DNA from: Octopus vulgaris
Lineage: Eukaryota
Length of the DNA: 64,000 nt
NCBI GenBank assembly: GCA_951406725.2
Contig: OX597826.1
Location: 25,916,001 to 25,980,000, forward strand
Direction of reading: 5' to 3'
This document shows, piece by piece, positions 43,331-59,098 of the stretch. Below the pieces are notes generated by a model. That model had not been told where the DNA came from and did no database searches. It was given only the letters and a program-made list of their open reading frames with translations. Numbering within the stretch: position 1 is the first letter of the stretch; each line of letters begins with the position of its first letter. The position numbers and the translations under genes are program-made.

Positions 43331-43960
43331 TCCCGATGGTTTAACCGCGCGATCGGGTATTCAGTCCGATTATTTCTATGTCCTCGCGCATGATACAGCC
43401 TTAAGGGGAAAAAAAACAAAGAAAATACAAAAAAACATTTATTGGATGGCCGTTGACTCTCAAGAGTTCCTCCACCCTTTGACGGGTTTTGTTTTTCATC
43501 CCGCAGGGTGTCCAATAAACACCCTCCTCACCAAGCAAGCTTGGTGGGGTTACCGGTTTAGTCGCCGACGACCCGACCATGCAACAGGTTGTTCTGGGTT
43601 ACATGTTACCAGTAGCACTCGAAAGTGACCTGACATACAAAAAAAATACATTTATATGTACAATCAAAAGATGTAAGGATACAATGGTTGGTGAAGAAGA
43701 AAGTATGATTTAAATTCGCTTTGTGTATATATTTGTGTGCGGTGCGTGCTGATATATAAAACTGTGTGTATGGGTTTTCTAGAAAAATCTGTGTGTATGA
43801 TTTTTCTAGAATTCGGGATGTATTTACAGATATCTTTACGAAGTAGAATGGCGTGTTTTCGATCGTGGTTGCTACGCATGGTAACACAGATTTACGACAA
43901 GGAGACACAGTTATTTTCTTTTTGTAGAATCATTGAAGGTACTGTTCCCATATCCAAAGA

Positions 43961-43999
<39 letters not shown>

Positions 44000-44495
44000 T
44001 ACTTATCTAGTTTTTCCAAAGAGATGGGTATGTCCAAGTCAGTGGAAGATTTTGAACTTCTTTTCAAGTTAAAGTGATACCATGTGCTGTATACGTTTGT
44101 GTATATTTTCTGTTTTTCCCTTCTTTGTATTTCAGATGGTTTTTCTTTAAATATGTCTTGTTACGTTTTCATTCAAAAGTTATTCAGATAATGATTTTAT
44201 TTTACTTTATTCTTTTGTTCTGATCAAAAATCGCAGTTAATTTTGAAATTTCGTAAAATCCATTATTTGCAATGTTTATAATTACTACGTTCGCAAAAGA
44301 TTCTTCCTGCTTAATATATTTCACTTTATATTTCCTCAAGTCAATGCTCAGTCATTCAGGAAGACATTCAAGGCTTTTTTGAGTTTTATTTATAATAGCC
44401 TTCGCAGCTTTTCAGAAATTTCTTGGCGATTTTCTAGGAGCTTAAAAAAGCACATGTTGACCGGAGGCCGACCGGAAATGTACATCATACATACA

Positions 44496-44529
<34 letters not shown>

Positions 44530-45020
44530 CATACATACATACATACATACATACATACATACATACACACATACATAATGATATGTAAATATAAGATTCA
44601 AGGATCTAAGAGTAGAAAGTTAGCAAGCTTCGTGCAGTTTGCAGAAGGTGTAAAAAACAACTTTCTACTTTCAGGAACAATAATGGTTTATTGAGGTAGA
44701 AGGTTGTAGGTTTTTCCCATATTGAAGTTCGATAAGCAGGAAAAAGTTAATTTGTAGTTTACGGTAAGGAACTAGGATTGCTATGCATGGAAATAAAATC
44801 CAAATGAGGAAATGGAGCAGGTAAAAACCTGGCTGCATATGTTTCCCAGCTAGTAGCAGAACCTCGGAAGTAGTAATTACCAAAAATAAAAATCCGAAAC
44901 AAAACTAATAAAATAAAAAACAAAACAAAACAGCAAAAACTACAGGCGAACTCAATAAATAAATAGAGAAAAAGAGAAAGAGAGAAAGGAAGAAAGAAAA
45001 GAATAATTCTAGGTACTTAC

Positions 45021-45111
45021 TATTCCGTTGATCCTCAGTTTCATTTCCCAAACTTTGTGCGGCTGCATATATAAATAGGAGTAATATATACACAGATGGA
45101 ACTTTGGCCAT
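45021..45111 (-). CDS. Gene B exon 1: signal peptide
   Basis: ACAATGG start; MAKVPSVYILLLFIYAAAQSLGNETEDQRN; 91 nt; donor A|gtaagt (phase 1). Confidence 0.8.
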
Positions 45112-45270
45112 TGTCTTTCTTTTGATTCTCAAATGAATAGCACCTGAATATTGAAAGATTAAGGCCTGGTCTTTCTCCACAAAATATACGATCAGTCAGC
45201 AACTACAATAGTAGGGCTAAGCACACATAAGTAATATTTCATATAAATTCACATGAATTCCTGTTTACAG

Positions 45271-45276
45271 TTTATA
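45271..45276 (-). promoter_or_regulatory. Possible TATA box of gene B
   Basis: TATAAA on the minus strand about 160 bp upstream of ATG 45111; background is AT-rich. Confidence 0.3.
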
Positions 45277-45463
45277 AGGGCGTAATTTTTTTAACGTACT
45301 TCATCTGTTTTTTGAAAGAACCTATTGTTTGCCTGTTGACAAAGTTTTTGAGTGTATATGTTGCTTCCAAGTACTCTTCAAGTGTTCATGGATTTCGAAA
45401 AAAGATAAGTGTTCCGGCGAATATTTCATTTTTTACAATACACGCACGTACCCGCACCCACCC

Positions 45464-45503
<40 letters not shown>

Positions 45504-45918
45504 GAACATACACACACATACAGATGCACATACATATCTATATAAGACGAACAAGCATTTACACTCACACACATACATATAACACGAACAGTCATTCACA
45601 CACACACATGCACACACACATACACACACACACACACACACAAGTTCGTATACTCACACACATTCACATAAAGACGTGCAGATGCGCATATACACACAAA
45701 CATACGTTTATACGCAATCACGCGCGCGCACACACACACACACAACACGCACAGACATTCGCACACATGCACACAGGCGTATACCCCCCCCCCCCCAACA
45801 TAACACGAACAGACATTCACGCGTGCGCTCACACACACACAAACTCACAAGCAGGCATACTCATACATATTCGCATGAACACACCAACTTGCATACACAC
45901 ACAAACAATCACGCGCGT

Positions 45919-45949
<31 letters not shown>

Positions 45950-46299
45950 TATAAACTCACTCATAGACACTTCCGCATACACACATGCTCACAACCACAC
46001 AAATATACAAACGCATGTATAATCACATAACTCCACACTTACAAGTACCCGTTCGTCAACACACGCATACACAAAACAATATACCCTTAAACTCACGCAC
46101 ATGCACACTCGTACACATAAACACGCGCTCATACATACAAACTCACATACAAATTCCGCCGAGGTCGACGTTACCTTTCATCGTTTCGAGGTTGATAAAA
46201 TAGGTACCAGTTGTGTGCTGGGCTCTATGTAATCGACTGTCCTCTCCCTCCAAATTTCACGCCTTGTGCCTACAGCAGAAAGGATTATTACGATTATTA

Positions 46300-46889
46300 A
46301 GGCGGTGAGCTGGCAGAAACGTTAGCACGCCGGGCGAAATGCGTATCCGTATTTCGTCTGCCGTTACGTTCTGGGTTCAAATTCCGCCGAGGTCGACTTT
46401 GCCTTTCATCCTTTTGGGGTCGATAAATTAAGTACTATTTACGCACTGGAGTCGATATAATCGACTTAATCCGTTTGTCTGTCCTTGTTTGTCCCCTCTG
46501 TGTTTAGCCCCTTGTGGGTAGTAAAGAAATAGTTATTTCGTCTGCCGCTACGATCTGAGTTCAAATTCCGCCGATGTCGACTTTGCCTTGAATCCTTTCG
46601 GGGCCGATTAAATAAGTACCAGTTACGCACTGGAGTCGATATAATCGACTTACTCCCTTTGTCTGTCCTTGTTTGTTCTCTCTATGTTTAGTTCCTTGTG
46701 GGCAGTAAATAAATAAGAAATAAAAATGGTTAGCTCGCCGGGCGAAACTCAGCAGTATTTACCCTGTCTTTACGTTTTGAGTTCAAATTGCACCGAGGGC
46801 CGACTTTGCCTTGAATTCTTTCGGAGTCGATAAATTAAGTACCAGTTGTGTATTCCAAAATTTCGAGCCTTATGCCTAGAGTAGAAAAG

Positions 46890-46890
<1 letters not shown>
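46300..46890 (+). mobile_element. Tandem copies of SINE family 3
   Basis: ggcggtgagctggcagaaacgttagcacgccgggcgaaatgc...gttcaaattccgccgaggtcgactttgcc; other copies at 15140-15305, 27430-27640, 53105-53310 and 58015-58208(-). Confidence 0.8.
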
Positions 46891-46960
<70 letters not shown>

Positions 46961-46961
46961 C

Positions 46962-48230
46962 ATTCAGTAGTTTTATTTTTATAGCGTGCTTTCACTTCAC
47001 TACCGAGCGCAACTCTGTGTGCCTTAGGTATGCGCTGTGATTTGTTGTGATGCTCTGATGGTTATTGTATGGAAAGTGTTCTGCGTAGGATGTGTGCAGT
47101 GCCCAGTAGTGCAATTTTCTGTATGTTATATGTGTTTGTAAGTCCTGGTGTTTTTGTTATGTATTTGTCTGAATATTTTTTTATCATGCCTAATGCACCT
47201 ACTATGATAGGAATTGTTTCTGTTTTTAGATTCCACATTCTGGTTACCTCTATTTCCAGGTCTTTGTATTTTGAAAGTTTCTCCATTTCTTTTAGAGACA
47301 CGTTGTCATCTGCCGGTATTGATACATCAATTAGAAAGCATTTGTTTTCTTCATGATCTCTGACAACTATATCTGGTCTGTTGGCCTTAATTTCTCTATC
47401 TGTGTGTATCGGCATATCCCAGAGTATGGTTGCTTTCTCGTTTTCTGTGACCTTTTCTGGTGTGTGCCTATACCATCTTTTTTCTGTTGTTATTCCATAA
47501 TGTTGGCATAGCTTCCAGTGTATGTAGGTTCCAACTCTGTCATGTCTGTGAATATATTCCTTCTTAGCTAGGACTGGGCAGCCAGAGATAATATGATTTA
47601 TTGTTTCTTGTCCATCTCCACATATTCTGCAGTTACTTGTTATATTTCTTTTCATTACATGTTTTTGGTAATTTCTGGTGGGAGGCTTTGGTCTTGTGCT
47701 GCAATTAAAAATCCCTCTGTCTCTACTTTGAGTCCTGAGCTTCTCAACCATTGCTGGGATTTTTCTTTGTCTATTTCTTTTGCGTTTAGTTTAGTCCAGT
47801 ATTTACCATGAAGGGGCTTTTCTTGCCATCGTTTTATCATGGTTCGTTGCTGTTCTGTTTTTAGTTTGGATTTCATTTGTTTTATAGCTTTTGTTGTTTC
47901 TTGATTTTCTTCTTCTTTTTCATATTTATTTAGTCCAGTATTTAGTCCAGCATTTAGTTTAGTCCAGTATTTGCCATGAAGGGGCTTTTCTTGCCATCGT
48001 TTTATCATGGTTCTCTTTACTCTTTTACTCTTTTACTTGTTTCAGTCATTTGACTGCGGCCATGCTGGAGCACCGCCTTTAGTCGAGCAACTCGACCCCG
48101 GGACTTATTCTTTTTGTAAGCCCAGTACTTATTATATCGGTCCCTTTTGGCCGAACCACTAAGTGACGGTACGTAAACACACCACCATCGGTTGTCAAGC
48201 AATGCTAGGGGAACAAACACAGACACACAA

Positions 48231-48287
<57 letters not shown>

Positions 48288-51200
48288 TACGACAGGCTTC
48301 TTTCAGTTTCCGTCTACCAAATCCGCTCACAAGGCATTGGTCGGCCCGGGGCTATAGCAGAAGACACTTGCCCAAGATGCCACGCAGTGGGACTGAACCC
48401 GGAACCATGTGGTTGGTTAGCAAGCTACTTACCACACAGCCACTCCTGCACCTGTTCTATTTTTAGTTTGGATTTCATTTGTTTTATAGCTTTTGTTGTT
48501 TCTTCATCTTCTACTTCTTCTTCTTCATATTTGTTAGGTGGTATGATTTCTTGTATGTATTTGTCAGCTTCCTTAAATACTGAGAACAGTTTTTTGTTTT
48601 GCTCGTGTTTTGCCGCTATTTGTATCAGTTTTCCTTCCTTCTGAAGTAGATATTTTTGCAGTCCTATGGTGGTTATTTTATAATAGTTTTCCAGCTATGT
48701 AAGGCCTCTACCACCTTCTATACGTTGTATATATAGCCTTTCTATGTCAGATTTTGGGTGATGCATCCTAGATCCTCTCATTACTTTTCTTGTTTTCCTA
48801 TCTATTTTGGTCAGTTCATTTAGTATCCAGTTAAGGATATTGTAGCTGTAACTTATAACTGGGACAGCTAAAGTGTTAATACCTATTATCTTGTTTTTAG
48901 CATTGAGCTCTGTTTTTAGTATTGATCTAACTCGTCTATAATATTCTTTTTTTATTTTCTCTTTCATTTGTGTGTGTTGTGTCTTATCTAGTTCATGGAT
49001 TCCTAAGTATTTGTATGTTTGGCTTTGGTCTAATTCTTTTATTTCATTGGTTTTTATCTAGTGTGATGTTACTACTCTTAACTAGTTTTCCTCTTTTCAT
49101 GGTTACTTTGGCGCATTTTTCTAATCCAAATTTCATATCTATTTCTTTGGTAAATCCATGAACTGTCTTTAATAGTGTTTCCAGCTGTTTGTCATTTGCA
49201 GCGTATAGTTTTAGGTCATCCATATATAAAAGGTGGCTGATCGTTTTGCCGTAACATTTATATCCGCATCCAGTTCTATTTAGCATATCAGATAGAGGTG
49301 ACAGTGCCAAGCAGAAAAGGAGTGAGAGAGAGTGTCTCCCTGGAATATTCCTCTTCTAATGGGGATGGCTTTGGTTTACATGAGTCCCTCTTTTGTTTGG
49401 AGCTGTAGCACGCTTTGCCATTTATTCATAGAGTGCCCTATGAATTTTATAAGGGTTGGTGCTACTTTGTTAATGGCTAGTGTTTCGACGATCCATGTCT
49501 GGGCGATGCTATCAAACGCCTTTTTGAGGCCTTTCTTCTTTCTGTGGCTGTCTTCAGTTATGGCTTTATTAATCATTAGTTGATCTTTACAGCCATATGA
49601 GCCTTTGCGGCATCCTTTCTGCTCTTCTGGAAACAGGTTGTTTTCGTCCAGGTGCTTGTCCAACCTTTGCGATATTACTGCAGTAAGTGCCTTGTATATT
49701 GTAGGGAGACAGGTTATTGGTCTGTAGTTTTCTGGTTTTGCTGTCTCATTTGACTTGGGAATTAAGATGGTTTTCCCCTTCGTGAGCCATTCAGGCATTG
49801 TCTCTGGCTCTGCCAGTATGTTGTTAAAGTTTTCAGCCAGCTTTTTGTGCATTCCTGTTAGATATTTCAACCAGAATTTGGGGATCTTGTCATGCCCAGG
49901 TGCCTTCCAGTTGCTTAGTCTTTGCAGTGCCTGGGTGACCTCTTCAGTTGTTATGGGGGTCCAAAGTTGCTCAGATGCTGAGTTTGTTGTTTTGACACTT
50001 CTTTTTTTTTGGTTGTTCGTTCGCCGACCATATTTCTCTCCATAATTCTTCCACTTCTGCCGTTGGTGCTGCAGTGATTTCTATTTTATTTTTATTTTTG
50101 CCAAGTTCTTGGTAGAACTTTTTGGGGTTGGAGTTGAACTTTTTTTTTTGTTCAAAGAAGCGCTGGCGTTTCTCGTACCGGCGGATATCTTGCTTCAGCG
50201 TTTCTTTTATCTCAGATAAATCTTTTTCTGTGATGTTATATTTTCGGAGTATTTTTGTTTTCTTTTTGTTGCTCAGTAGCGTTGATTGTCTACTGATTTC
50301 ATTAAGAATCGACAGATCTTTTCTCATTTTTTGTATTTTGTTTTGGATGTTATTTATCCATAGGGTTTGTTTGGGTGGTGGTACTCCTGTTTGGATGGGT
50401 TTGAGTGAGTATCCAGCTTCTTTTGTGGCTGCAGTGGCTGCTGCGTATACTAAGTCATTTAGCTTAGTGATATCGCTTTTTGTTTCAGTGGCTATTAGTT
50501 CAGTGACGGCTAGGTTTATGCTGTTTAAAATTGGTGTTGTTGTTTCGTCTATTTTGATTTTTGGGAGATATGGTCGGTGGTCCATTTTGAGCTCTGTGGT
50601 TTTCAGTTCTTTGATTATTTTACTTTTTATATTATCATAATCATTAGGCTCCCCTTTGTTGTCTCTAGGTTTTAGATTTGTGTCGCTTTCTTTCTTATTT
50701 ATATGTTTGTTTGCCGTGTTTTGGCTTGCTGTTTGTCGTGTATTATTATGCATCCTCACGGTCTGGGTTTGTTGTTTTTTTTATTTATATCGTTTTTGTT
50801 GGGAATGTTACGTTTGTCATCGTGTTTTATTGTTTCGGTGTTTATATTAATGGGCATCGTTGTGTGGCTTCTATCTACATTTTCCTGGTGTATTTTTTCT
50901 TTTAGATGTTCTATTTCTATTTCTGATATTGTTTTTGCTTTGAGAATGTACCTTCGTACGTTAGCTATTTTATTAGGGTTCATTGCTGTATCCAAGTCTT
51001 TATTTATGTTATTTTCCTTCCATATTTTATATGTATGTGTTGTTGTGTTTACATTTTTGGGGTAGAGCACTGCTGTGAAGTATGCGTGTAGGATAGAAAT
51101 GTATTCCTCACGTGTCCATTTATGTCTTTTGGGTTTTATCTGCGAGACATGAGGAACAACGTCCGGCCCATTATTTTGACGGTCGTCATTTTCGTAGGGT

Positions 51201-51656
51201 ACCGGTCCTTTCATTTCTGTTGTCACATTGTTTTGCACGTGTAGTTTTTCGTACATTTTGTGTTGTAAGTTTAAGGTACGTACTTCCAGAATGTTAATCT
51301 TGGGTTGAATAATATCGGTGGTATTTAATTTCTTCGTAGTTCCTTTGTACATAGTGTTTAGGGTTGGGGATGATCTGGTGTTGATTGATCGTAATGTTTC
51401 ACGCATGTTTACATGTGTTGTGTTAGAGGTGGAGATGACATCGAGTCAAAATACATCATTTCGTTTCGAAAATAGTAATAAATTTTAATGAGCATTACTT
51501 ACTCGGGTACAGTCCAATCCTTTGTTAGTAAACCTTTGGTTTCATACGATGTCCTTGTTTTCGATGTTTGCGGATAGATTTCAGAGCTCTGTTGTATCGT
51601 TCTTACATCTTAAACGTCCCCCGGTGTTCTCTCTTAAACGTCCCCCGGTGTTCTCC
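46962..51656 (-). mobile_element. Apparently full-length but frameshifted R4/Dong-clade RLE retrotransposon inserted in (TAA)n
   Basis: Colinear ORF pieces: KRHKWTREEY N-terminus, PENYRPITCLP, YMDDLKLY, CRICGDGQETINHIISGC, RHD, RPDIVV...IDVSIP. (TTA)n flanks at 46891-46960 and 51657-51697; SINE inserted at 48015-48449. Confidence 0.93.
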
Positions 51657-51696
<40 letters not shown>

Positions 51697-52139
51697 CATT
51701 GAGTGAGAGAGCAGTTCATGCCATCAAAGTGACACTGGGGTAAAATATACGAAGCCCAATATACCCATCATGACTACCCGTCTGATAAAGGTACACCAGG
51801 CACATGCATCACAACCATATGTGCGCGACATGGTGATCTCATATCAAGATAAACAGCACATGACCTTGCAGGTGGGGCCCAGTTAGAATTTTCTTCAGGT
51901 TGAGTAGCCCATCCCGCTCAAACGGTCCCTGAATAAGGGTTGTTTAAGGATGTTGAAAGAACCACCCATGTTTCCAGAGGTGAACTATTCAAACCCCAAA
52001 GAATCCATCTCAACACATGGCTATGATGCTCCCCCACTACTTCTGCTCGTGATCAGAGATGCACATATCGTCAGCCACTAAGGGACATGCTCAACTGGTT
52101 TTAGGACATGCTCAACTGGTTAGGGACATGCTCAACTGG

Positions 52140-52196
<57 letters not shown>

Positions 52197-52207
52197 CATC
52201 ATCATCA

Positions 52208-52248
<41 letters not shown>

Positions 52249-52257
52249 GTTATTATT

Positions 52258-52700
52258 TCAGTATTATTCTAACTCGTCTGTAGTACTTCTTTCTTATCTT
52301 CTCTTTCATTTGTGTTGTATCGTATCTAGTTCATTGATTCCTAAGTATGTCTGGCTTTCGTATAATTCTCTTATTTCATGTGCTTTATCTAATGTGATAT
52401 TGCTGCTCTTCAGTAGTTTTCTTCTTTTCAGGGTTGCTTTGGCACACTTTTCTAAACCAAATTTCATGTTTATTTCTTTGGTAAATCCATGTACTCTCTG
52501 TAGTAATGCTTCCATTTGTAGCATAAAGTTTTTAGATCATCCATATACAAGAGATGGTTGATCGTTTTGCAGTAACAGTTGTATCCAGATCCAGTTCTGT
52601 TTAGCATGTCAGACAAAGGTGTTGGAGCCAGGCAGAAAAGGAGTGAGGAGAGCGTGTCTCCCTGGAATATTCCTCTTCCAATAGTGATGGCTTTGGATAT
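52258..52700 (-). mobile_element. R4/Dong RT internal fragment
   Basis: GIFQGDTLSSLLFC, LYMDDLK and MKFGLEKCAK; similar to 48925-49370. Confidence 0.85.
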
Positions 52701-53746
52701 CAAGCGATGTTGGACATACACGCACACAGACACACTCACACACACAGACACACACACACACACACACACGCGCACACATACATATATATATATACATATA
52801 TACGACGGGCTTCTTTCAGTTTCCGTCTACCAAATCCACTCACAAGGCTTTGGTCGGCCCGATGCTATAGTAAGAAGACACTTGCCCAAGGTGCCACGCA
52901 GTGGGACTGAACCCGGAACCATGTGGTTCGTAAGCAAGCTACTTACCACACAGCCTCTCCTACTCCTATTCTTCTTCTTCTTCTTCTTCTTCTTCTTCTT
53001 CTTCTTCTTCTTCTTCTTCTTCTTCTTCTTCTTCTTCTCCCCCTCCTCCTCCTCCTCCTCCTTATTGATATTGTTATTGTTGTTGTTGTTGTTGCTATTA
53101 TTTAGGCGGCGAGCTGGTAGAATCGTTAGCACGCTAGGGGAAATGCTTAGCGGCATTTCGTCTGTCTTTACGACATGAGTTCAAATTCTACTGAGGTCGA
53201 CTTTGCTTTTCATCCCTTCGGAGGTCGATAAGATAAGTACCAGTCGAGCAATGGCTTCGATGTCAACGACTTATCTCCTCCTCAGAAGTTACTGATCTTG
53301 TGCCAAAATTATATACAACAACAATAATACTTTAATTATATCCATCCTTCTATGCATTTTCTTCGCTCGTTGTTCTTACGAGTGCCATGAAAGATAGATT
53401 CCTCAGGTACGTCCCGCATATCGTCCTATCAGAAGTAACCTTTATTAATCTTTACCGGCTGGATTCCCAAACATGACCTACGTATTATCCAACCATCTCA
53501 TTCTTGCTCTATATTTTTACTATCATAAGCATAATGCATTAATGAACGTTCGATGGCTGGTTTAAATTTGAGGGTTAACTTGCTACTATTACCAGCCTCT
53601 GAACAATGACGTAGATGGACCCTAGTTGGTCATGTGTCCTGTAGCAGTTATTGTTGTTGATTTCTAGCCTTCTTTTTAAATATTTTATAAACAACTGTCG
53701 TATTTTTTAAAACTGTTTCTTTATTTTTTCATATTTATTCATTTGT

Positions 53747-53781
<35 letters not shown>

Positions 53782-53882
53782 TTCATCAAGTGTTTTTTTC
53801 GCAGAATTTTGAAAAACCAAGCAAAAAAAAAGGAAAAGAAAAACTATGGGAACTTAAGAATCTCAAGTACACACACAAACAG

Positions 53883-53919
<37 letters not shown>

Positions 53920-54216
53920 ATACATGCACACGTAAACATAAGTGCTTGTGTATGTATTTGTATGTACGCTCCTATAGACAGCTGTGTCTGTTTATGCATA
54001 CATACGTACATAGTATACACGTTCACACACACACACATATATAAGAAATGCATATACACACATAATGTATATATGTATATAAATGTATACGTATAAAATA
54101 AAAATTCTTGTATACACACACACATGTATATATGAAAAATGATGTATATGCTTAAAATTCATATAGACACAGAAACACAGGCACACACACGCACACTCGC
54201 TGACACACACACACAC

Positions 54217-54270
<54 letters not shown>

Positions 54271-54359
54271 CGTGTCTTCGTTCCTACATAATTTAAACAC
54301 CTTCAAACACACACGCACGCATATTATACACGTATTATATGATAAAGATGGGTCTATTA

Positions 54360-54450
54360 ATGTCACCTTTCGGATTATCAATATTATTCATCTTCACATC
54401 ATTGGCTGCCCTGGCTTTCTCCAAGAATGTTATACTCGACCAAACTGAAG
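54360..54450 (+). CDS. Gene C exon 1: signal peptide (in-frame ATGs also at 54339 and 54348)
   Basis: [30 protein letters not shown]; 91 nt from ATG 54360; donor AAG|gtaatt (phase 1). Confidence 0.75.
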
Positions 54451-54477
54451 GTAATTTAGCTGCTTCTATCTACCTAC

Positions 54478-54565
<88 letters not shown>

Positions 54566-54570
54566 GTGTG

Positions 54571-54677
<107 letters not shown>

Positions 54678-54874
54678 TTATCTTTCTGTCTGTCTGCCTG
54701 CCTGCCAGTCTGCCCGCCCGTCTGTCTGTCTGTCTGACTGTCTGCCTGTCTGCTTGTCTGACTGACTGACTGTCTGCTTGTTCGTCCGTCTTTCCGGTTG
54801 TCTGTCCATCAGACTGTCCGTCTCTCATTGCATGTGTGTGTTTGTATGTGTGAGTCTGTATGTATGTATGTATG

Positions 54875-54939
<65 letters not shown>

Positions 54940-55142
54940 TTGTACGTGAGTTTAAGTATATATGCATATATACATATATAAAGGAAGTTTGTTTACCAAA
55001 GGTATGTTTCCGGGTTCAGTTCCTCTATTTGGCACCTACGGCAAATGACTCCTATAGTGCCAGGCCTACAAACATCTTGTGAATGCATTTGAGAGTCAGA
55101 AACTGAATGAAGCCCGTCATAGTACATATATACATACATACA

Positions 55143-55223
<81 letters not shown>

Positions 55224-55713
55224 GCATACATGTATGCATACATGCATGTATATATGTACATAAAAGTTATCAATTAATAATAATTATTAATAATAATAAT
55301 TCTCATTAACTGATATTTTTTACCTTTATCGGGGTTTTTTTACGCACGCTAAGCCACTGATATTACTATAAACAATAATATTCTCATATATATTTTTATG
55401 TATGTATATTTGTAAGTATTAATGTATATCTGCATATTTTGGCGAACAACATCAACCAATATTATGATGGATCTCCGAGACCCCCGAAACAGCTGTCGGA
55501 CTTGTAACACCTTCTCTCCTTCCCTTTAATTCTCTAGGTTCGATTTCTTCAAAGCGGCGCTCCAGCATGGCAGCCGTCAAATGACTGACACAAACTAAAA
55601 GAATAAAAGTAAAAAGATGTATGTATGTATGTATGTATGTATGTATGTGTGTGTATATATATATGTATATATATATATCGATCTTATCCTTATGCATATA
55701 AATATATAAATAA

Positions 55714-55774
<61 letters not shown>

Positions 55775-56808
55775 AGGATAAGATTGATATTTAAATACCG
55801 ATCGTATCAGGTGGCCAGCATGGGGATAAAAACCCTCAAAGGTAATAATTATTTAAAATTATAATTTAGGGTATCTAAGAGATACCACCACGCTGGAAAC
55901 AGCAGTCAAAACTTGACTCTAAAACCACATTAAATGTTCATACAGCACCAGGAGAGAAGACAAAAGAACAAAATAAACTAGCATGAACATTTACCGTGGT
56001 TGTAGAGTCTAAGTTTGACTGCTATTTCCAGCGTGGTGGTATCTCTTAGATATCATAAATTATGATTGTTCTCTTACTTTATTATCATCTTATAATCTCA
56101 TAATCTTATATCATCTCATAATAATGACTTTTATGACTCGTATTACTACCTCAGTCAATCTATATGTATATATTTGTCGCTACCTGTCATAAATAGCCTT
56201 TTTCTATCTGCAATATGCATTTTCGTTGATTTTTCATATTTTACCCTTACATTTCCTCGTGAATTTTATATTTTCTTTTCGTAACATATTTCTACTATAT
56301 ATATATATATATATATATATCTGAGAGTGAAGGGAGAGAAATCTTGTTTAGTGTAATTGAGTTATCTTTTCTTCTCTATAAACATTCATGCATACATTGT
56401 ATGAATACATTATACATGCATAGCGATCTGTGACTGTGGGCTTGAATCTCGGACCAGATAACGCGTTGTGTTCTGGAGTAAAACATTTCGTCTCACGTTG
56501 TTCTTTAATCACATCGACATCTCACCTGTGGCATACCGTCTACCTGCTCAGATAAGGGCGTGTTTTTGGAGAGAGTGTGATAATTTGCAGCGGAAACATT
56601 TAATCTCTATAAACAAATTATTTGTACAAGTCGTTCAGTAAGAAAATCCAGAACCATCTCTCTCGGACTCAAGAGGCTATCAATTATACTTATGTGGCTG
56701 TTTATCTCTCTTTGTATGTCTGTTTGTCCGTCCGTCCCTTTTTCTCCGCCCGTTCGTCCATTTGTCTCTTTGTTTCTTTGCATCCATACTACAATCGATA
56801 CAGTGATG

Positions 56809-56882
<74 letters not shown>

Positions 56883-57059
56883 TATAGGTATACGTCTGTG
56901 TGTGTGTGTGCGTGTTTGTATGTATGTATGTATGTATGTGTGTGTGTATGTATGTATGCATGTATGTATGTATGTATGTATGTATGTATGTATGTATGTA
57001 TGTATGTATGTATGTATGTATGTATAGAGAGTGGTTGAAGTGGTTTACAGACATTGTAT

Positions 57060-57420
<361 letters not shown>

Positions 57421-59098
57421 ACAAGGTCGAGCATATATATATATGCAACTTCGGCCGTGTAGTAAGAAGCTTGCTTCTCAACCACATGCCTCCCAGGTCA
57501 GTCTCACTGTGCGGCACCTGAGGTAAGTGTCTTTCTACTCGCGCCGACCAAAGCCTTGTGAGTGAATTTGGTAGAGAAATTGAAAGAAGACCCTCGTATA
57601 CACACACACACATACACACACACATATATATGTATGTGTGTGCGTCTGTGTGTATGTGAATATCCCCACCACCGCTTGACAACCAGTGTTGTTGTGTTTA
57701 TGTCCCCATAACTTAATAGTTCGGCAAAAAATATATGTAGAATAAGTACCAGGCTTGTAAAATAAGTACTGTGAGATCGATTTATTCAACTAAAATTTCT
57801 TCAAGGTGCTGCCCCAGCATGGCCGCAGTTTAATGACTAAAAGATAGTAAAAGATAAAACGTGAAAGATAAAAGATAGAAGTTAATTCCACATGTATGAC
57901 AAGTAAATCCAAATTTCGTTTAGAATAATTTCAAGAAATACAAAGTATAAGACAAACAAAAATAAGAATAGAAAAACTCACACCTTTAATTGGTGGTTCC
58001 ACCTTACAATACCTATTTCTTTACTACCCACAGAAGGGGCTAAACACAGAGAGGACAAACAAGAACAGACAAACAGATTAAGTCGCGACCCCGAAAGGAT
58101 GAAAGGCAAAGTCGACCTCGGCGGAATTTGAACTCACAACGTAACGGCAGACGAAATACCGCTAAGCATTTAGCCCGGCGTGCTAACGTTTCTGCTAGCT
58201 TCCCGCCTTTGTACCGCACAATACCGACGATCGATTCTGTTGGGTCGGTAACATATTTAGATACAGAAAATGTAAGTTAGAATAATATATCTGAAAATAT
58301 ATGCACAATGTTATCTAGGCAATCTAAAATTGGTTTCAGAGTAAACTAAGAAAATGTCTCTAGGACACGAATGCATACAAAAAGTACATTAAGAAAATGT
58401 ATAATATTCTAAGAAAAGCCTGGTTGTTATTTAACTTTTGATGACGTCAGTAGATAGCGAAAAAAAAAAAGATAAACAAGAATCCTATGTTATGAGAATT
58501 AGAAACGTAGAAATTCTACATCACGATGATTAGTAATCTATTAAATACGCGAAGTATTTTTTGAAGAATTATGCATATTATATTTTATGAGAAGCAATTA
58601 TAATTAATGGGTGATTTAGAATTGAAATATCTAAGTGTTTTTCTGTATTTGTGAGGACATTTGTGAGGACAACGTAAAATTGCCTTTTTATATATTTATG
58701 CGCCCTTTTCAAACCTAACCAGGCTCATGGGCCCGGTTTCCCGGTTTCTGTGGCGTATGTACTCTCCCCAGCTGGAAGAAAGAGTACAACATGGGTCACC
58801 ACCACCCTTTGCCGGAGCCTCGTGGAGCTTTAGGTGTTTTCGCTCAATAAACACACACAACGCCCGGTCTGGGAATCGAAACCGCGATCCTCCGTCCGCG
58901 AGTCCGCTGTCCTAACCACTGGGCAATTGCGCCTTCAAAATTGCCTTTACAATTCAATAATATTAATTCAGAGGTAATTATACATTTCCTTAAGGCAAAG
59001 ATCACATTTAAAATTAGTATTGTTTGGTGTGCGTAACTAATAATGGACCACTGTAAATCACACTTAATGTTCGTATTTTTTAAAACTTCATATTCTAG

